NCBI GenBank assembly: GCA_049510745.1
Contig: JBEKYR010000007.1
Location: forward strand, 1-64,000
Direction: 5' to 3'
From: Verrucomicrobiota bacterium
GTDB taxonomy: Bacteria; Verrucomicrobiota; Verrucomicrobiia; Limisphaerales; Palsa-1400
Length of the DNA: 64,000 nucleotides
A program made the position numbers and the translations under genes. Positions 60,546-64,000 of the stretch are shown here, in pieces. Below the pieces are notes generated by a model. That model was not told where the DNA came from. It saw only the letters and a program-made list of their open reading frames with translations, and did not search any database. Numbering within the stretch: the stretch's first letter is position 1; each line of letters begins with the position of its first letter.

Positions 60546-61310
60546 TTAAATCGAGTTCTTGATTATATCAGAGAAATTCCGCACGTCCAGCGAAGCGCCG
60601 CCCACCAGCGCGCCATCGACATCGGGCTGTTCCATCAATTCGCGGGCGTTGGAGGGCTTGACGCTGCCGCCGTATTGAATGCGGACGTGCCGCGCCACGC
60701 TCTCGTCAAACATCCCGGCGATGAGCTTGCGGATGAAGGCGTGGGCCTGCTGCGCCTGGGCGGAAGTGGCGGTCTTGCCCGTGCCAATCGCCCAAACCGG
60801 TTCGTAGGCCAGGATCGTTTCGCGCATCTGCTCGCCCGTCAAACCCGCCAGGCTCCCGCGCACCTGCGTGGTGAGCACCGCTTCGGTCTGGCCGCTTTCC
60901 CGCTCGGCCAACAGTTCGCCGACGCAGACGATGGGCTTGAGCGAGGCGGCGTGGGCGGCGCGGGCTTTCCTGGAAATCAATTCGTCGGTTTCCTTCTGGA
61001 ACTGGCGGCGCTCGGAGTGGCCGAGGATGACGTAGCGGACGGAGAATTCCTTCAACATCCCCGCCGCGATCTCGCCGGTAAAGGCGCCGAAATTGTTCTC
61101 GCTCATGTTTTGCGCGCCCAGGCGGATGGCGCTGTCCAGGACCGCCTTGGAGACTTCGCTCAAGGCGGTGAACGGCGGGCAGACGACCACGTCCATCTCC
61201 TTGAGGTTGGCCAGCTCCAGTTTCAGGCCTTTGACCAAAGCGAGGGCTTCGGCCACGGTCTTGTTCATCTTCCAGTTGCCCGCGATAATTAATTTTCGTT
61301 CTTTGTTCAT
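60546..61310 (-). CDS. tpiA: Triosephosphate isomerase
   Basis: AGNWKMN, GHSERR, AYEPVWAIGTG, YGGSV, LVGGASL. Confidence 0.98.
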   Translation of the reverse strand: MNKERKLIIAGNWKMNKTVAEALALVKGLKLELANLKEMDVVVCPPFTALSEVSKAVLDSAIRLGAQNMSENNFGAFTGEIAAGMLKEFSVRYVILGHSERRQFQKETDELISRKARAAHAASLKPIVCVGELLAERESGQTEAVLTTQVRGSLAGLTGEQMRETILAYEPVWAIGTGKTATSAQAQQAHAFIRKLIAGMFDESVARHVRIQYGGSVKPSNARELMEQPDVDGALVGGASLDVRNFSDIIKNSI

Positions 61311-61331
61311 GTGATTGTGCCATGCGAGGCG

Positions 61332-62588
61332 CTATTTGTCCGAAAGCGCGGCCACGCCCGGGAGGACTTTGCCCTCCAAAAACTCCAGGCTGGCCCCGCC
61401 GCCGGTGCTCATAAAAGTCACCTTGTCTCCCAGCCCGGCCTTGTGCAGGGCCTTGACGCTGTCTCCGCCGCCAATGATGCTTTTGGCGCCGTTCCGGGCC
61501 GTGGCCTCCGCCACCGCGCGCGCCACCGCGTTGGTGCCCTCGGCAAAGCGGGGGTCCTCGAACATCCCCATCGGGCCGTTCCACATGATGGTCTTGGCCG
61601 TGCTGAGAATTTGAGCATAACGCCGGGCCGTCTCCGGTCCGATGTCCAACCCTTGCGCCTCCGCCGGAATGTCCGCGTCCTTAGTGGCACACGGATTCTG
61701 AATGTCAATCACCGGCTTGCCTTTTTTGTTGAGTTTGCCCGTCTCGACGGGCGTGCCGATGACATGGTCGGAGGGCAGCAAAAACTGGACGCCGCGCGCC
61801 TTGGCCTTGTCCAAGGCGGCCTTGGCCACGGCCTGTTTGTCAGGCTCGGCCAGGGATTTGCCGATTTTAAGCCCTTGCGCCAGATTGAACGTATAAGCCA
61901 TCGCGCCGCCGATCAAAATGGTGTCCGCCTTTTCCAGGAGGCGGTCGATGACCTTGATTTTGTCCGAAACCTTCGCGCCGCCGAGCACGACAACGAACGG
62001 ACGCCGCGGCTTTTCCAACTCCTCGCCGAGAAACTTCAATTCCCGCTCCATCAACAAACCCGCCGCGCACTTGCCCCCGCGTTTGGCGATGACCCGCGCC
62101 ACCCCTTCGGTGGAAGCGTGGGCGCGATGCGCCGCGCCAAAGGCGTCATTGACATACAGGTCGGCCAGCCGGGCCAGTTTTTCCGCGAAGGCGGGATCAT
62201 TGGCTTCCTCCTCGTTGTAGAAGCGGACGTTCTCCAACAGGAGCAGGTCGCCCGGCTTGAGGGCGGCGGCGGCTTTTTCCGCGGCGTCGCTGATGCAATC
62301 GTCGGCAAAGGCCACCGGGCGGCCGATCAATTCAGAGAGTTTGGCGGCGACCGGGCGCAGGGACATGGAAGGCTCCCGTTTGCCCTTGGGCCGGCCGAGG
62401 TGGGCGGCGAGGATGATTTTGGCGCCCTTGTCGATGAGCAGGCGCAAGGTGGGGAGAGTTTCCTGGATGCGGGTGGCATCAGTGATGACCATCTTCCCGT
62501 CTTTTTCCTCCATCGGCACATTGAAATCCACGCGCACAAGCACCCGTTGGTTGTTCACGTTCAAGTTATTGACACTCAATTTTTCCAT
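61332..62588 (-). CDS. pgk: Phosphoglycerate kinase
   Basis: RVDFNVP, HLGRP, NDAFGAAHRAHAS, GGAKVSDK, STGGGASLE. Confidence 0.98.
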   Translation of the reverse strand: MEKLSVNNLNVNNQRVLVRVDFNVPMEEKDGKMVITDATRIQETLPTLRLLIDKGAKIILAAHLGRPKGKREPSMSLRPVAAKLSELIGRPVAFADDCISDAAEKAAAALKPGDLLLLENVRFYNEEEANDPAFAEKLARLADLYVNDAFGAAHRAHASTEGVARVIAKRGGKCAAGLLMERELKFLGEELEKPRRPFVVVLGGAKVSDKIKVIDRLLEKADTILIGGAMAYTFNLAQGLKIGKSLAEPDKQAVAKAALDKAKARGVQFLLPSDHVIGTPVETGKLNKKGKPVIDIQNPCATKDADIPAEAQGLDIGPETARRYAQILSTAKTIMWNGPMGMFEDPRFAEGTNAVARAVAEATARNGAKSIIGGGDSVKALHKAGLGDKVTFMSTGGGASLEFLEGKVLPGVAALSDK

Positions 62589-62814
62589 AAGGGGAAAAGA
62601 GTAACCGGCATGAGAATCCAATTTCAACTAATAAACAAAGGGCCGCCGTGTTACGAAATGGAAAAATCAGCGCCGGAGGGGTTGCGCCCGGCCAGGGGGC
62701 GTGCTAACTTGCTGTCATTCAAGGCCCAAGGCTTTTGGGAAAATTCGCTAAAGAAAGAGTTGACGGCGGCCGATGGTTTTGGTCGAATGACCGCTCTTTT
62801 TCGAGAGTGGAACT

Positions 62815-63126
62815 ATGTATGCTGTAATTGAAACTGGTAGCAAGCAATACCGCGTCAGCGCCGGCGATACGCTGGAAGTCGAACGGCTTTCGGCCGAGGC
62901 GGGGCAATCGGTGACGTTTGACCGCGTGTTGTTGATCAATAATGAAGGCAAAATCACGCCCGGCGCGCCCACGGTGGCGCAGGCGGCGGTGGTGGCCGAC
63001 GTGGTCGAACATATTCGCGGGGAGAAGAAAGTGGCGTTCAAAATGAAGCGCCGCAAAGGGTATCATAAGAAAATTGGACATCGCCAGGAGTTGTCCGTTG
63101 TCAAAATCAAAGAAATCAAAGGATAG
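62815..63126 (+). CDS. rplU: 50S ribosomal protein L21
   Basis: [14 protein letters not shown]...[14 protein letters not shown]. Confidence 0.98.
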   Translation: MYAVIETGSKQYRVSAGDTLEVERLSAEAGQSVTFDRVLLINNEGKITPGAPTVAQAAVVADVVEHIRGEKKVAFKMKRRKGYHKKIGHRQELSVVKIKEIKG

Positions 63127-63137
63127 TCGAGGTCTTT

Positions 63138-63407
63138 ATGGCTCATAAAAAAGGTCAAGGCAGCGTGCGCAACGGGCGCGACAGCGTCAGCAAGCGGCTG
63201 GGCGTGAAAGAATTTGGCGGTCAATTTGTGACGGCCGGCAGCATATTGGTCCGGCAACGCGGCTCGAAGTTTATCGCCGGCCAGAATGTCGGCACGGGCC
63301 GGGATTGGACCCTGTTCGCACTGACGGACGGGCGCGTTTTGTTCGACAAGAACAGCCACCGCATCAATGTGAAACCCAAGAGCGAGAGCGAGGTTGGCAG
63401 CAACTAG
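63138..63407 (+). CDS. rpmA: 50S ribosomal protein L27
   Basis: [22 protein letters not shown]. Confidence 0.98.
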   Translation: MAHKKGQGSVRNGRDSVSKRLGVKEFGGQFVTAGSILVRQRGSKFIAGQNVGTGRDWTLFALTDGRVLFDKNSHRINVKPKSESEVGSN

Positions 63408-63429
63408 GATGTTTCCAGGGGATGGCGCC

Positions 63430-63458
63430 GGCGAGGTTGGAAAGGCCTCGCCTTTTTT
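63430..63458 (+). terminator. Rho-independent terminator after rpmA
   Basis: GGCGAGG-N9-CCTCGCC-TTTTTT. Confidence 0.8.
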
Positions 63459-63518
63459 GTTGGAGGAGGGCCGCGCAGAGGCGCGATTCTCCCCGGCTTG
63501 CCCGCGCCGGACGATTCG

Positions 63519-64000
63519 ATGTTTGTTGATGAAGTCAAAGTCTATGGACGCGCGGGCCACGGCGGCAAAGGCTGCGTGGCCTTTCTGCGCGAGATTTTTC
63601 GTCCCAAGGGCGGTCCCAGCGGCGGCAACGGCGGGCGGGGCGGCGATGTCATTCTGCAAGCCGACCATGATTTGAACAATCTGGTGGCGCAATTCTACAA
63701 CGCGCGGTTGATCGCCCAGGAGGGCGAACCGGGCATGGGCAAGGGCATGGATGGCGCGGCGGGCAAGGACCTGGTGGTGCGAGTCCCCTGCGGCACGCTG
63801 GTGTGGTCTTTGGAGCCGGCCGAGACTTCCCCATCTGAGGAGCCGGAGAGGAAACCACCGGCCCTGCTGACCGCCGCCAGTTGCCGGCCCATGATCCGTC
63901 ACGCCGGTCCCGAGCAGGCGGTGGAAATCAATTTGGAAGAGGAACAACCGGCGGGGCAGTTCCGCCGCCGGGGCGAGTTGATCGCCGACCTGACCCAGGA
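63519..64000 (+). CDS. obgE: GTPase Obg, 5' part (truncated by the window edge)
   Basis: MFVDEVKV..RAGHGGKGCVAFLRE...PKGGPSGGNGGRGGDV; follows rplU-rpmA. Confidence 0.95.
   Translation, partial: MFVDEVKVYGRAGHGGKGCVAFLREIFRPKGGPSGGNGGRGGDVILQADHDLNNLVAQFYNARLIAQEGEPGMGKGMDGAAGKDLVVRVPCGTLVWSLEPAETSPSEEPERKPPALLTAASCRPMIRHAGPEQAVEINLEEEQPAGQFRRRGELIADLTQ

Overview
A GC-rich bacterial chromosome segment. Its gene content (PrsK/PrsR, VPDSG-CTERM signal, H-X9-DG prepilin, ECF/Ser-Thr kinase pair, secreted proteins ending in F(F/Y)(R/K)-hydrophobic-xxP) points to Verrucomicrobiota, probably Pedosphaera-like; this is an inference. The housekeeping backbone is mfd, rpoD, thiC with a TPP riboswitch, bioF/bioA, secG-tpiA-pgk and rplU-rpmA-obgE. 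It is interleaved with single toxin-antitoxin cassettes, gene remnants, REP-like hairpins and short periodic repeats, plus a xylan-use cluster. Best candidates for new biology: (1) a PrsK/PrsR sigma54 locus with two genes missing from the ORF track, a 58-aa VPDSG-CTERM micro-protein with almost no mature domain and a large secreted protein with thioester-domain motifs; (2) a coupled N6-methyltransferase plus PIN nuclease cassette; (3) a MotA/ExbB-like plus MotB/ExbD-like pair whose second subunit carries a coiled coil and a trypsin-like end; (4) a dual-OB/DUF488 operon; (5) an ECF/kinase module with a candidate promoter motif repeated three times. All family calls come from motif recognition by eye, with no database search.
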